Shown piece by piece: positions 9,766 through 19,048 of a stretch of DNA of 64,000 bases (within the stretch, counting starts at the first letter, position 1; every line of letters begins with the position of its first letter). The notes under the pieces were generated by a model. It ran no database searches and had not been told where the DNA came from. It saw only the letters and a list, made by a program, of their open reading frames with translations. The stretch covers positions 3,936,001 through 4,000,000 of the forward strand of contig OZ242296.1 of assembly GCA_965207735.1 (NCBI GenBank), read 5' to 3'. The position numbers were made by a program, and so were the translations under genes. This stretch comes from Candidatus Versatilivorator sp. (GTDB taxonomy: Bacteria; Acidobacteriota; Terriglobia; Versatilivoradales; Versatilivoraceae).

Positions 9766-11345
9766 GAGTCTGCGCCGCAGGACGATTTCGGAAAGTTCAA
9801 GAGCGAGAGGCTACTGCGCAAGGCCGGTTCCAAGGAGTGCTTGGGAGCCACTTGGGCGTTGATAGAGTCTCAAGCGTCCTGTGGGCTCCCACAATGGGCG
9901 GTTGAGGACCTCCGTGGCCCTGGGTATTGGGTGGAAATCCCTTGCTTCAGGCCGCCATCAACGCACTCATCCTCTTGATGTTGAGGGCCAGACACACCAA
10001 GTCCCACTCCCCCTGCACTGATTGCAAGCCCCGCAGACTGAACCGTCGGAATCCCAGCCCCTCCTTGATCCACCCATGAGGGGCTTCGGCAATCCACTTC
10101 CTCCGCCGATACTCCACCTGACCGGCTAGGCTGGCCAGCTTCTTCCTCATACGACTCTTGGCCGGATGCTTCCTGGGATCGATCTCTACCGCCCGCTTCC
10201 CCTCGCGCCCCAGCGCAACATAACCGTCCACTCCTCTCTCTTCCAGGGCCTGCAAGTCCTCCTCATTGCAGTAGCCCGCATCCGCCAGCACCTGTTTCGG
10301 TATCTCCTGGAAGCTCTCCTCCACCTCCTCCAGCAACTCCATCATCTGCCCCTGATCGCTCGCCTGCGCCGTTACCTCGGTGGCCACAATGATCTGGTGC
10401 TCTCCGTCCACCGCCACCTGCGCGTTGTAGCATTGCTGGAACCCCTCGGTGGAAGTCTTCATGATCCGGCTTTCCGGATCGGTGAAATTACTCTGCGCCT
10501 TCTCCTCCGGTTCTCCGTAGGCCCGCTTGTAGGGCCGTCGTGCTTTCGGGTTGCGGTCCTGTCCCGGTTTGCGCCCCCGCTCCTCATCGGCCTCCCGCTG
10601 GGCCGCCTCCAGCCGCTGCTTGGCCGCCTCGATCGCCGCCAGCCGGTCCTCCCGCCGCCGCAACTCCTCGGGCAACTCATCCCCACGCCGGTCTTCCCCG
10701 TACCGCTCATCTTCCTCCCGGTCCTCCCGCCGCGCCTTCTTCAACAACTCATGGATCTCTGCCTTCAGTTGCCGCTCCCGCTCCTTCATCCGACCATAGC
10801 TCATCGCCTTGCGCCGGCTCGCGTTCGCCCGCACCTTCGTCCCGTCGATCCCCAATCGCCCCAACCCCACCATCCCCATCTCCCGCGCCAAGCTCACCAC
10901 CTGTACGAACAGCTGCTTGAAGTCCTTCAAATGCCGGCGGCGAAACTCGCACAACGTCCGATGCTGCGGAAAGTTCCCCGCCGCCAGCATCCGAAACGCC
11001 ACGTCTTCCTCCAGCTTCCTCGCGATCTTGCGCGACGAGAACACCCCTGTCGCATAGGCGTAAATCAACACCTTCACCATCATCCGCGGCTCGTAGGGCG
11101 AGTTGCGCCTCCCGTCCTCTTCATAGGGCCGGTAAAACGCTCTCAACTCCAGCCCATCCACCAACTCACTCACCTGATGGGCCAAGTGCCCTTCCGGTAC
11201 CCACTCCCCCAGGTCCGGCGGCAACATCAACAGTTGCTTCGGCTGATACGGGCGAAACCTTGTCCCCATCCACCACCTCCTATGATGTCTCTAAGCCCGT
11301 TATTGTATCATTCAGCCCTGCCCGGGTTTTCTGCGGCGCAGACTC
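9766..11345 (-). mobile_element. IS1182-family element
   Basis: 15-bp IR GAGTCTGCGCCGCAG; CTAG on both sides (9762-9765, 11346-11349). Confidence 0.92.
9947..11269 (-). CDS. IS1182-family transposase
   Basis: YEPRMMVKVLIYAY, SSRKI, IDGTKVRANAS, NFTDPESRIM and LADAGY motifs. Confidence 0.95.
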   Translation of the reverse strand: MGTRFRPYQPKQLLMLPPDLGEWVPEGHLAHQVSELVDGLELRAFYRPYEEDGRRNSPYEPRMMVKVLIYAYATGVFSSRKIARKLEEDVAFRMLAAGNFPQHRTLCEFRRRHLKDFKQLFVQVVSLAREMGMVGLGRLGIDGTKVRANASRRKAMSYGRMKERERQLKAEIHELLKKARREDREEDERYGEDRRGDELPEELRRREDRLAAIEAAKQRLEAAQREADEERGRKPGQDRNPKARRPYKRAYGEPEEKAQSNFTDPESRIMKTSTEGFQQCYNAQVAVDGEHQIIVATEVTAQASDQGQMMELLEEVEESFQEIPKQVLADAGYCNEEDLQALEERGVDGYVALGREGKRAVEIDPRKHPAKSRMRKKLASLAGQVEYRRRKWIAEAPHGWIKEGLGFRRFSLRGLQSVQGEWDLVCLALNIKRMSALMAA

Positions 11346-11362
11346 CTAGCCCGCATTTCTCA

Positions 11363-12231
11363 GTGCGCCATGGAAAGGCGCCTTCTTCCAACGGGTGCGA
11401 AACCCGTCCAACAACTGTCGCTCCGGTTGGTAGCAGCCAGGGCGGATCATGGAGGTAACGATATGGTCTGAAGCCCTCTGGTGTCAAAGGGCCGCTTAAG
11501 GCGGTTCAGCGAGCATGCGGGCCGGAACGCGAGTGAACGTCGAGCAGGCCTCGAAACGGGCAATGCGGGGGCCGACCCACCTGAGAAATGGGGAAGGCCG
11601 AAGACGGAGGGGGAAGCGAGCGACGCGGGCACCCCTTTGGACCCGCCGGGGTAGTGGCGCTGGCACGCATGGAAGGGGAAGAAGGCAGCAACATGGGAAG
11701 CCCTGTGGGTGGTGAGGCACGCACCGAACCGGAAGCTCGCGAGAGTCAGTCTAGGCCGACAGGGTGGCGGAGAGGCCTGTAGTACCGGAGAAGCCGGGTA
11801 ATACCGGTGGAGGGAAGGGGCCTCAGGTGAGGAGCGGTGACCGAAGGGGGAAGGGTCCCGGGAGTGGCGAAAGCCTGAAACCCCGACCAAAAAAGGGCCG
11901 GAGACTCCGGAAGCATCACATGCAAAAGTGAAAGGGTCGTCGGAGGAGGACGGCGTCGTCAGGGCATCAACAGGCCTGGCGGCAACCCGGGAGCGGAAGT
12001 GGATGGAGTGGGGGACGGGTGCCAATCCCATAGGAGTCGTCCACGGATGCGAGCGGGGACCTGTGTGCGAGACGCATGATCCCACTGGAGAGCCGAGATG
12101 CGGGAAAACCGCACGTCCGGTTCGGAGAGCGGGGACTGGAAACGTGATAAGGGAGCCGGACTGAGGCCCGAAGCGAAAGCGACGGAATAGCCACCGGACC
12201 CTATAGTCAACGCGCCAGTCCTCGACTCTAC
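11363..12231 (+). ncRNA. ORF-less group II intron (IIB-like), 869 nt
   Basis: 5' GUGCG; domain V GAGCCGAGAUGCGGGAAAACCGCACGUCCGGUUC (~12089-12123); long domain VI ending CUCUAC; precise removal restores the IS IR; EBS1 UGAGAA (11582-11587) complementary to exon UUCUCA. Confidence 0.92.
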
Positions 12232-12453
12232 CCAGAGTTCGCACAGGAGCGGTAAAAGGGGCCATGGAGGCATTTGAGGCCGAGTTTAACAACGTTGGTG
12301 GCTGGATCGGTAGGCAAAGGCCAACAGCGGAGGCTTCTGAGGCTCTCCGAGGAACCTCAGGCGGCATTTTCCCTCGAAAACAGCGACACCTCTGCCATCG
12401 GGCCTGGTGGCCGCGTCTTCAAGGGCCAGGAGTGACGGTCGGGTCAGGGCACC

Positions 12454-13821
12454 TCAGGGCGGCAGGTGAGCCCAAGCGATGCGGAACTCCCTCTGGTAAG
12501 GACATCCGGAAGCCATGGCGACCTTGATGCGACGGACCGAGATGGTGACCTGAGCGCCGATCTTGAGCAGTTTGAGTCTGATGGAACCGACGGTGGCCCG
12601 GGCCAGGCAGGTGGATTGCAGCGCCCGCCGGCGCAAGCCCTCCACCAGCACATAGGCGAAAGAGGTCATCAGGAGCCGGAGCTGATTCGCCCGGAAGGAG
12701 TGGGTGGAGGTGCGATCGGCAAACAGGTCGAGTTGCTGCTCCTTGATGCGGTTTTCCATCTCACCGCGGGCACAGTAGATCTTCTCATAGAGGAACTGGG
12801 CGGGGTAGTCCTGGACCGACAGAGAGGTGACGACGAAGCGGGGGTTGGGGCCGCGGGGCAGGACCTCGGCTTTGGCGACCAGGCGGCGCTCGTGGGACCA
12901 GCTCTTGTGAGTGCGGTAGGAGAGGTCGGTGAAGATCCGGGCGGGCTGCTGTTGCTGGTCTGAGAGGGCCTGGGCCTGAGCCAACTCGGGGGCGATGGCG
13001 TCTTGGAGGCGGGAGTTGCGGGCCAGGCCGAAGAGATAGTCGACCTGATGCTGCTCACACCACCCCATCAGCTCCTCACGGGCAAAGCCGGAGTCGGCCC
13101 GCAGCAGGATCTTGACCTGAGGCCAGACACGCCGTAGGCGGGAGACGATGCGCTGGACCTGCTCCAGAGCGCCGGCGGAGGCATCGATGTTGGCGGGTCT
13201 GAGCAGGGCCGAGAGCAGATGGCGGCCCGAGAAGATGTAGAGGGGCAGGTAGCAGTAGCCTCGGTAGTAGCCGTGGAAGAAGCGGTCCTCTTGTTCCCCG
13301 TGGAGGGGATCGTCAGTGGCGTCGAGGTCGAGGATGATCTCATCGGGGGGTTGGGGATGGGCTTGCAGAAACAGTTTCACCAGGAGGGCTTGCAAGGCCT
13401 CGGGGTCGTGGTCAATCTTGTGGTAGCGGGTGGGGCCTTGGGTGGGGGCGTGTTCGAGTCGGTTGAGGGTGCTCTTGCCTGCCAGGGGAGGCGAGTCGCC
13501 ACGACGGCCTTTCTCTGAAAACAAGGCCATGAGGGGATCGTGACGGAGTTGGTCGTGGTCGATGAGATCCTCGTAGCCGAGGGCGATGCCACGGATGCGC
13601 TGAGCGATGAGGGTGCGCAGGCTGTATTGGGTCCGCTTGGGGTCGCGGTGATCGGTGAAACAGTCGGCCACCTGGTCGGAGAGAGATAAGCCCCGATCCA
13701 CCCGGCGCAACAGCAGGGAGCCGGCATCGGAAGTGATGGGACCGCCGTCGAAATCAGCCACCACGCGGCGGCGGCCGTGGGGTTCAAACTCCAGGGGTTT
13801 GGTGTTACACTGTGTCGGCAT
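12454..13821 (-). CDS. IS1380-family transposase
   Basis: FDGGPITSDAG, LDLDATDDPLHGEQE, LRADSGF and YCARGEMENRIKE motifs. Confidence 0.95.
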   Translation of the reverse strand: MPTQCNTKPLEFEPHGRRRVVADFDGGPITSDAGSLLLRRVDRGLSLSDQVADCFTDHRDPKRTQYSLRTLIAQRIRGIALGYEDLIDHDQLRHDPLMALFSEKGRRGDSPPLAGKSTLNRLEHAPTQGPTRYHKIDHDPEALQALLVKLFLQAHPQPPDEIILDLDATDDPLHGEQEDRFFHGYYRGYCYLPLYIFSGRHLLSALLRPANIDASAGALEQVQRIVSRLRRVWPQVKILLRADSGFAREELMGWCEQHQVDYLFGLARNSRLQDAIAPELAQAQALSDQQQQPARIFTDLSYRTHKSWSHERRLVAKAEVLPRGPNPRFVVTSLSVQDYPAQFLYEKIYCARGEMENRIKEQQLDLFADRTSTHSFRANQLRLLMTSFAYVLVEGLRRRALQSTCLARATVGSIRLKLLKIGAQVTISVRRIKVAMASGCPYQREFRIAWAHLPP

Positions 13822-14238
13822 CGGTTCTCCTTTAAGAATCTGGTTAACTCCTTAGACAAGAGTATTTTACCAGATTCCGAGAACCGATGCTTCCTACCTC
13901 TGGTGAGAAATGCGGGCTAGTTGGGAACCAGCCACTTGGCAGGTCAACCGCTTGCTGTGTTTCCTTAAGCCGGGCCACGGGCTTTTGCTTCCCAATCTCC
14001 CCCGCCTTCACCAACCGCGCTTTCTCTGCCGTGATTCGCTTCAGCAGTTCCGAGGCCGGTTCATCGTTCGGGTCCTGTGGCAGCAGTTTGCCGCGTACCG
14101 CCAGGTCGAGAATGAAGCGGCGCAGGCGATGAACGGATTCGGGAGACTGAATCAGTCGATCGAAATCATCGAAAAGAAAGTCGATACTCATCGCTCGGCT
14201 CTGACGAACAGCACGCATCTCGTCAGCAGTCACCTTGT

Positions 14239-14601
14239 TTATTCTTCGGGCGGACCCAGTTCGGCAAGCAGGGTTTGCGCGATTTGGCGCAGTTGCGGCA
14301 GGTGGTTTTTGGCGTCGTCCCATACAGGTTCGGGGTTAACGCTGGAATAGCCGTGGATCAGCAGGTTGCGGAAGTCGATTACCTTGCGTTTCCGAGGCAC
14401 CCGTTCGGCAAGTTCGGGGTTGGATGGGCTCAGAATGTTCAGTGCTTCGCCAATGATTTCGAACTTCCGTTCGACGGCCGCTTGGGTACGGGAATCACTC
14501 GCGTAGGCCGCTTGATCCATACCCTCTGTGAAGCGCTTAATGGCCTCGCCCGCTTGTTCGACGTCCGCCAGCAAGACGCGAGGATCAGGATGCATAGACA
14601 A
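14239..14601 (-). CDS. HepT-like HEPN (DUF86) ribonuclease toxin
   Basis: AVERKFEIIGEA and RNLLIHGY (Rx4H) motifs. Confidence 0.9.
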   Translation of the reverse strand: MSMHPDPRVLLADVEQAGEAIKRFTEGMDQAAYASDSRTQAAVERKFEIIGEALNILSPSNPELAERVPRKRKVIDFRNLLIHGYSSVNPEPVWDDAKNHLPQLRQIAQTLLAELGPPEE

Positions 14602-14896
14602 GTTCGCGGGATTTGTTGATGGCGGTGCGGAGGTAAAGGCTGTTGATGGCAGCGGTTTCGACGAGGTCGACGCGACGGCCCAGGGCCGTTTTCAAGGCTT
14701 CGGCGAAGTCGAAGAATTGATCGAAGGGCGACAGGTCGCTTTCGGGTTCGAATTCGACCAGGAAATCTGCGTCACTTGTTTGTGGATCGAAGTCCGTGCC
14801 GCGCGCGGCTGAGCCGAAGACTTCGAGGCGCGCCACGTGGTATTGGCGGCAGAGTTCAATCAGCCTGGCCTTTTTGTCGGCGATGGCGGTGTGCAT
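14585..14896 (-). CDS. MntA-like minimal nucleotidyltransferase antitoxin
   Basis: VFGSAARG...SDADFLV and GRRVDLV motifs; overlaps the HEPN gene. Confidence 0.9.
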   Translation of the reverse strand: MHTAIADKKARLIELCRQYHVARLEVFGSAARGTDFDPQTSDADFLVEFEPESDLSPFDQFFDFAEALKTALGRRVDLVETAAINSLYLRTAINKSRELVYAS

Positions 14897-14996
14897 GGCA
14901 AATTCTCAGCGATTGTTCCGGTTGGCGGATAATGGCGGATAACGGTTTGTTTGGCAAGAGCTTCCACCACCCCAGCGGGGCCTCCGACAATGCCGT

Positions 14997-15164
14997 CTAC
15001 AACGGGTCGCGCAGCCTGGCGGCTTCGACCTCGGCGGCAAACGGTCTGGCCAGCAGTTCTTCGTTAGCCGAAAGTCCCCTCGCCGCTTCTTTCAATTCAT
15101 TGAAACGGCGGCGTTCCGGTTCATTATTCATGATGGCGATGAGTGCCGATGTGTCGATCACCAT
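14997..15164 (-). pseudogene. vapC: Truncated VapC (N-terminal ~23 aa) fused to a decayed hsdM tail
   Basis: MVIDTSALIAIMNNEPERRRF, then ELLARPFAAEVEAARLRDPL resembling HsdM ELLAKLNAAEAEAARLREQL. Confidence 0.75.
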
Positions 15165-15418
15165 CAGACCGGAAGACCGCGTTCGTCATAACCGATGATC
15201 TGTTCGGTGCTCCGTCTGTCGCGGCGGGGCAAAGCGGCGCAATGCAGGGCAATGTGGTCCAGCTCATCGGCGAGCCGGATGCCATGCTGGCTCTTTTCCA
15301 CCCTTGCAAGTCTTTCCTGGACGGCCTGCTTGACGGCTTGGGTCAGCGATTCTGCGGTCAGGCTTGCCAGCCGCTTCGCCAAGGCGTGCGTTTCGGAGTC
15401 TTTGGTGATTAACGGCAT
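15164..15418 (-). CDS. vapB: VapB-family antitoxin (Rv0623-like)
   Basis: KDSETHALAKRLASLTAESLTQAV...IIGYDERGLP; TGATG coupling to vapC'. Confidence 0.85.
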   Translation of the reverse strand: MPLITKDSETHALAKRLASLTAESLTQAVKQAVQERLARVEKSQHGIRLADELDHIALHCAALPRRDRRSTEQIIGYDERGLPV

Positions 15419-15518
15419 CGAAAAATCCTCCATAGCTCGATTTGTGGAGGAGTGAAGGAATAATCAACCAGAGCCCGCAGCAGCGCAAGCCCCGGACGGC
15501 TCAAGGTCAACATCATCC

Positions 15519-15690
15519 CTATTGCAGCGACGCGCTCGCCAGAATCGCTTTCAGTTGCTTGTGTAGACTTGGGCTATAGGTTGTTCGGTATTGGGAGCAA
15601 CGCCACGCGGTCGCCGCGGTCGTCTTCGGATGTGTATGGGATTGATGTCGAGGTTGTAGCTGCGCGGCTTCACCGTCTCAGCAGTCACCA
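15519..15690 (-). pseudogene. Decayed copy of the hsdM 3' end
   Basis: Reads VTAETVKPRSYNLDI..TSEDDRGD..QLKAILA vs HsdM VTVGEVKARGYNLDIKNPHTSEDDHGD..QLKAILA, with frameshifts. Confidence 0.8.
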
Positions 15691-16110
15691 TACGGCGGCG
15701 TTCGGACGATCTTTCCAGCGCGATGCATCTGCCAGCTCTTGCGCGTGCCGTTGCTGTTCCTCGCGGTCATCGGCTGCGGTTTCGGGCAGGAGGATATCGG
15801 CATGATACGGGTTATCGGGTAACGGGGTAGCAACCACTTCTCGCCTATTCTCCCGGATGCGTTTAGCAATGACGATTGCCCACCCGTAGAAGCTAGCGCC
15901 GCGCCCAACGGCCACGCGCTCTGCGACTTTAACGACCGCGTCCAGCGGCGCAACACTCAGCCTGTCAACGGAAATTTTGGGTTCGCCTAGTTTTTCCAAA
16001 AACACATGTGCCGGGACCCGTGAACGTTTGGCGCGTTTTGCATTCTTGCTTGAAAATACACCGCGTCCGAGTTCCTCTTGGAGGCCAACTTGCTCAAATA
16101 TTTCCGCCAA
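15685..16110 (-). CDS. Putative ADP-ribosyltransferase-fold toxin
   Basis: 141 aa; early Arg strand (LGRGVF), ISVDR and NPYHADI motifs; fold is an inference. Confidence 0.55.
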   Translation of the reverse strand: MAEIFEQVGLQEELGRGVFSSKNAKRAKRSRVPAHVFLEKLGEPKISVDRLSVAPLDAVVKVAERVAVGRGASFYGWAIVIAKRIRENRREVVATPLPDNPYHADILLPETAADDREEQQRHAQELADASRWKDRPNAAVW

Positions 16111-16112
16111 GT

Positions 16113-16799
16113 TCAGTCGCCCTTTAGTTCAAGTTCCACCAGAGCTTCACGCACAAAACCGTCGGGCAGGGCATCGCCAGAGGAGTACTTGGCCCGGCGA
16201 TGGTTGCCTCTCATATTGACCAGGCAGAGCGCACCACCGTCCGAATCACATAACAACAGCACCGAACTCCCTTGACCATCGGACGCGTCAATGGCGATCT
16301 CACCATCGGGCATGGGATAGACCTCAAAGCGACGTCGCGACAGCCGGTACATTTCCTTCAATAACCGGCTTGCGTTCTTGCAAGCCACATCCGTCGGCGT
16401 TCGAAAGCCTTCTGTACGGGCTTCGTCGGTGACCTCTTCCAAATCACGCAGGGCGTCGGCGAGCCTGACTGGGAAGTCCTCCAAGCCATGGGCGACCAAT
16501 TCGCCTAGGACGTCCCATTCTAATGCGCCAAGCTTCGACCTTCCCTCAAGACTTATCCAGCCAGACAACCCCACCAAAGCTGTTTTACGCTGTGCTTCGG
16601 ATTGTCGAGTGCCGGAGAAGGATGCGCCGATTTCCGTAGAACGCCAACCTGATGAGCCAAGCGGGTCGATTGAGGAGGGCGCCCAAAATAGAGCCTGACG
16701 TTTCGCAATCTCATCGACCCCGACATCCGTCGGAGACGAAATGAACTCAACAAAATCGAACGAATGCGCAGTGTGAGCCAAACCGCCATCGGTAGGCAT
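16113..16799 (-). CDS. Hypothetical protein, putative antitoxin
   Basis: Poorly structured N-terminus plus compact C-domain (YPMPDGEIAID); abuts both neighbours. Confidence 0.6.
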   Translation of the reverse strand: MPTDGGLAHTAHSFDFVEFISSPTDVGVDEIAKRQALFWAPSSIDPLGSSGWRSTEIGASFSGTRQSEAQRKTALVGLSGWISLEGRSKLGALEWDVLGELVAHGLEDFPVRLADALRDLEEVTDEARTEGFRTPTDVACKNASRLLKEMYRLSRRRFEVYPMPDGEIAIDASDGQGSSVLLLCDSDGGALCLVNMRGNHRRAKYSSGDALPDGFVREALVELELKGD

Positions 16800-17492
16800 T
16801 CATTTCTCCTCGTAGAATCTGCCTGTCAACTTCTGAAAATCTTCTAGATCGCTTTTCCATGAATTCAGAACGGATTGTAGGAATTGGATACGTGACGCCG
16901 CATTCGTTTCGGTCAAGTCGCGGTGGACATTGGCTTGAAACAAGATCCCGGCTATTTTTTGATTGTTTTCCGTTCTTTGTGTGCTCATGACATCCAGGGA
17001 AATGACTCTTCCGTGGTAGCGATATATGGCTTTGAGTCGAACATCCGGATTGACGTCCTGGAACGACATCCATGTTCCTCTATTACGCAGCATGTTTACA
17101 ATGACGTTGGGTTCCTGCACAAGCATGCGGCGGAATCCTTTTGGATTGATGCCGATGGCGCTGTAGGGAACGTGCGGGACACACTGAAGATAGCGTTTCG
17201 CAATTCCTGGGGACATCATATTAGCTTTAGTGAGTTCCTTGCTTTGCTGAATCAGCACACGAGCGGGGTCGGACGTCACCGTGATCCCGTTCTTGTAGGC
17301 CACCTGGGAAAAGGCTGGCGTGGAGATCGGAAAATCTTTAACCTCAAAACTAGGATCTACGATCCCGTTGTACTTCAGGAAGTCTGGATTGATGATGGAA
17401 GGGTTGTTGGAATCCGCTACCAAAACAACGGACAATTCAATCAACTCAAGATCGTTTTCCCCTCGCTGACCGGACGGTTGCGCCTGCTCCAT
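16800..17492 (-). CDS. Hypothetical protein, TIGR04255-like (putative chaperone/sensor)
   Basis: 230 aa alpha/beta pattern; NPSIINPDFL, SAIGIN and FQANVHRDL motifs. Confidence 0.55.
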   Translation of the reverse strand: MEQAQPSGQRGENDLELIELSVVLVADSNNPSIINPDFLKYNGIVDPSFEVKDFPISTPAFSQVAYKNGITVTSDPARVLIQQSKELTKANMMSPGIAKRYLQCVPHVPYSAIGINPKGFRRMLVQEPNVIVNMLRNRGTWMSFQDVNPDVRLKAIYRYHGRVISLDVMSTQRTENNQKIAGILFQANVHRDLTETNAASRIQFLQSVLNSWKSDLEDFQKLTGRFYEEK

Positions 17493-17588
17493 GCTGCGGG
17501 ACCCTCCTCCCTGCAGGACTGTTTTTTCAATCGGAGTATGTAGCCTTTATCCAGAAAACGCAACAACCCGGGTTCTCTCTCTCCACAC

Positions 17589-19046
17589 CTATCTCAGCAG
17601 CGCCTCCGCCAATATCGCTTTCAACTGCTCGCGCAACCTCGCGGCTTCGGCCTCGGCTGCGTTCAGCTTGGCCAGCAGTTCTTGCGGGTCGCCGTGGTCG
17701 TCTTCGGAGGTGTGCGGGTTCTTGATGTCCAGGTTGTAGCCCCGCGCCTTCACCTCGCCAACCGTTACCTTCCAGGCACGGTCCGTTTGCTTGCGATCTT
17801 TGCGCTCCGCTCCGCCCCACCAGTCGATGCAGGGTTGCAGGTGCTCCAGCCGGATGGGCCTGGTCATGGAGTAGGCTTTCTGGCCCTGAGGCACCAGGTG
17901 CTCGTAGAACCAGATGTTCCGGGTGGGTTCGCCCTTCTCGAAGAAGAGTAGATTGGTGCCGATGGAGGCGTAGGGTCTGAAGACCGAGTTGGGCAGGCGG
18001 ACGATGGTGTGCAGGTAACACTCCTCCAGCAGATGCTCCTTAAGCCGTGTCTTGACGCCCTCTCCGAACAGGGTGCCGTCGGGCAGCACCACGGCGGCAC
18101 GCCCGCCGGGCTTCAACAATCGCACGATCAGAGCCAGGAACAAATCGGCGGTCTCCTTGGTTCGGAAGTGCTGGGGGAAATTGCTCTCGATTCCCTCTTC
18201 TTCCTTGCCGCCGAAGGGCGGATTGGTGAGCACGATGTCCACCCGGTCCTTCTGTTCCCAACTGATATAGGGCCGGGCCAGCGTGTTGTCGTGGCGGACG
18301 AAGCTGGGGTCTTCGATGCCGTGCAGCAACATGTTGGTGACACACAGCATGTGGGGGAGCTGCTTTTTCTCTACGGCGCGCAGGGCGGCCTGCATGGTGT
18401 GCTCGTCCTCGGGACGCCTGACGTAGCGGGTGCGCATGTGGCGCAGGGAACAGGTCAGGAACCCTCCGGTGCCGCAGGCCGGGTCGAACAGGGTTTCGCC
18501 GGGCTTGGGGTCGATGCGGTCGGCCATGAAGGCGGTAACGGCTCGCGGGGTGTAGTACTCGCCGGCGTTGCCGGCCGATTGCAGATCGTTGAGGATCTGT
18601 TCGTAGATGTCACCAAAGTGCTGGCGGGCAGTCAGGTCGTTGAAGTCGACGTCGTTGATCTTGTTGACCACTTGGCGCATCAACTGGCCCGACTTCATGT
18701 AGTTGTAGGCATCCTCAAACACATCACGCACGACGCGCCCGCGGTCCCCGGGCTGGCCGCTCGGGCGGAGATTCTTCAGGGCAGGGAACAGGTCGTTATT
18801 GATGAAGTCAAGCAGGGCATCGCCGGTGGAGCCCTCGGGGTCGGCCGCCCAGGTGCGCCACTGGAGGCGCTCGGGAATCGGCGAGGTGTAGTCGGACTGC
18901 ATCAACTCCAGTTCCTGATCCTGATCGTCGATGATCTTGAGAAAGAACATCCAGCACAACTGGCTGATGCGTTGGGCGTCGCCGTCCACGCCGGTATCCA
19001 GGCGCATGATGTTCTGGATGGATTTGACCTGGGTGCGGACGGCCAT
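17589..19046 (-). CDS. hsdM: Type I R-M m6A methyltransferase
   Basis: GEYYTPR, DPACGTGGFL and NPPF motifs. Confidence 0.97.
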   Translation of the reverse strand: MAVRTQVKSIQNIMRLDTGVDGDAQRISQLCWMFFLKIIDDQDQELELMQSDYTSPIPERLQWRTWAADPEGSTGDALLDFINNDLFPALKNLRPSGQPGDRGRVVRDVFEDAYNYMKSGQLMRQVVNKINDVDFNDLTARQHFGDIYEQILNDLQSAGNAGEYYTPRAVTAFMADRIDPKPGETLFDPACGTGGFLTCSLRHMRTRYVRRPEDEHTMQAALRAVEKKQLPHMLCVTNMLLHGIEDPSFVRHDNTLARPYISWEQKDRVDIVLTNPPFGGKEEEGIESNFPQHFRTKETADLFLALIVRLLKPGGRAAVVLPDGTLFGEGVKTRLKEHLLEECYLHTIVRLPNSVFRPYASIGTNLLFFEKGEPTRNIWFYEHLVPQGQKAYSMTRPIRLEHLQPCIDWWGGAERKDRKQTDRAWKVTVGEVKARGYNLDIKNPHTSEDDHGDPQELLAKLNAAEAEAARLREQLKAILAEALLR

Positions 19047-19048
19047 GG

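Larger units (their letters stand above)
11350..13916 (-). mobile_element. IS1380-family element with an intron-interrupted terminal IR
   Basis: IR CCCGCATTTCTCA|CCAGAG (11350-11362 + 12232-12237) vs CTCTGGTGAGAAATGCGGG (13898-13916); CTAG flanks. Confidence 0.92.
8426..14191 (-). pseudogene. hsdS: Type I R-M specificity subunit, split by IS1182+IS1380
   Basis: 14191-13917 joined to 9761-8426 restores 1611 bp in frame (GWFPT-RLGLVAVC); duplicated LAVRGKL.PQDPNDEPAS and LPPLAEQHRI motifs. Confidence 0.92.

Noticed and set aside
11447-12367. 306-aa minus-strand ORF as an intron-encoded RT
   Set aside because: Antisense to the intron, with no RT motifs (no YADD)
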